Source of the DNA: Psammoneis japonica
Lineage: Eukaryota
NCBI GenBank assembly: GCA_008632985.1
Contig: QPGO01000004.1
Span: 682,001 to 746,000, forward strand
Length of the DNA: 64,000 bases
Direction: 5' to 3'
In this document: positions 62,443 to 64,000 of the stretch, piece by piece
Layout: every line of letters starts with the position of its first letter
Position numbering within the stretch: the first letter of the stretch is position 1
Notes under the pieces: generated by a model
What the model was told of the DNA's origin: nothing
Seen by the model: only the letters and a program-made list of their open reading frames with translations
Databases searched by the model: none
Made by a program: the position numbers and the translations under genes

Positions 62443-64000
62443 ATGCATAGCGTAGGTTCTTCTCTGAAAATGAGCCAAACGAAGAATAATTCATTTGATT
62501 ACGATGAATCGCTAGTTTCGATATGCGCGTCCTCCAGCTTGGCTTCGTTTGTCGCGGATACATCGAACTCGGACACGAGCGATACGGGAAACTATGCATG
62601 CCAAAAGCTGTTGCAACAGCATGCGTCGCACTATGGAAGGCCCCTTGAAAAGAGTGATTTGCTTATAGAATACGATGGAAATGGATACCGAATTAGCTCA
62701 AGGATGCAACGCTTTGTCGCCAGCGTGGTTCTTGTTGACCGACACAATCGGAATCCCCATCAGCACAGGATTTGCCTGAATCAGTTTTCCGACCTTGAAC
62801 AAGACGACCTTCCTGTTTCCAATGGCGAAAATATTGCCGCATTTGAATCTTTGTGGAGTGATAATTTCGGCGAGGCTGAACGAAGACTTTTTGACAACCC
62901 GACAACATCTTTTGTTCGTCTGCAGGACAAGAAATCTATCGTGAATGCTGCAGCAGCAATGAAATTGCTATCGAGTGACGACATTTCAATGGATCCCGGC
63001 AATGATCTGAGTGGGGTGACAGCTAAAAATTCCGGCAAATACCCTACGCTGAGGAACGCGGACTTGGATGTAAGCGACTATTCCAAGTACACCCAAGACG
63101 TAAAGTACGATGAAGATACCGACGTGACTCCCATCAAGGATACTTTTGACAGATACCTGAACTGGGCAACTTCTGATAACCCCGACGGAGTGTCCATTGT
63201 GCACCCCGTTATGGATCAGGTAAGTCTAGATTTTATGGTGCCCCCAATTTGGGAAAATCAAATCACTCACCCTCCATGTGTGCATTCGAACGAAAGGGTA
63301 AATGCGGGAGTTGCTGGGCTTTTGCTGCTACAGGTACGCTAGAAGCGAGCGCCGCTCGCCGGGCTGCGTTCCAAGCCTTTACAGATGTAACGAAGGAACA
63401 ATCAACGCAGGACGGTGCCCAAGGTGTGAACAAGAGTGCGCTAGTTTTGGCGCAAAAGTCAGAGAAAGAAACATTGGCGGTGGCGAACTTATCCGTGCAG
63501 GAGCTTGTCGACTGTGATACCGCTGTGGACCAGGGCTGTACTGGTGGAAATCCGCTGCTAGCATTTTATTTTATTCATCGTTTTGGACTGGTAAGTATTC
63601 AGTATCATGTCTGTCATGTATTTTTCGGATCTATCATTCATTCTGCTCTTCTTTCGTTGGTAGACATCGTGGGCGAACTACCCATACATGGGGGTTCAAG
63701 GAAAGTGTCTGATACATCGAGTTGCGGAGCCAATTGCTACGGTACAATCATGGGGTATCTTAACCCCGAACCATGAAGGTGAGTTACTGTTCGGTAGCAT
63801 AATAGACCTTGCGGTTCACGACTGGGCTTAGATTACGTTCGGCTCAATGAATTGCAATTCACATTGTGATTTACGTATCTTTACAGCGAATATGGAATTG
63901 GTACTTCGATATATTGGACCGATTGCAGTGGGAATAAATGGTGCTGATCCTACCTTCCTTGCTTATGAAGGTGGTGTCTTTGACAGCGAAGACTGCAGCC
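62443..64000 (+). CDS. Papain-family (C1A) cysteine peptidase, running off the window end; introns 63220-63296, 63591-63663, 63779-63886
   Basis: DQ|GKCGSCWAF, LSVQELVDCD..GCTGG, NYPY and GPIAVGI. 5' start uncertain. Confidence 0.92.

Overview
Eukaryotic nuclear DNA, most likely from a diatom: genes have short GT-AG introns, two carry bipartite plastid-type presequences, and the retrotransposons are CoDi-type Ty1/copia. Ordinary genes lie at 1-1.4 kb (DUF1295), 11-13 kb (Cys-rich secreted protein) and 49-64 kb (acidic protein, F-box/Tubby, copine, plastid-type protein, membralin, papain-family protease). Most of 1.5-46 kb, plus 61-62 kb, is nested transposon debris: two copia families, solo LTRs, MITEs, a Sola-like transposase, LINE fragments and an alpha-kinase pseudogene. 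The main observation is that these repeat blocks, and not the genes, have lost almost all TpA dinucleotides through TpA->TpG/CpA transitions (A:T->G:C). Conserved Tyr codons now read Cys or His, including the RT YVDD motif. Twin LTRs and target-site duplications show reciprocal TG/CA differences. The loss is near saturation even in a young element that still keeps its CpGs. This looks like a repeat-targeted hypermutation process running opposite to fungal RIP. All counts and alignments were done by eye.
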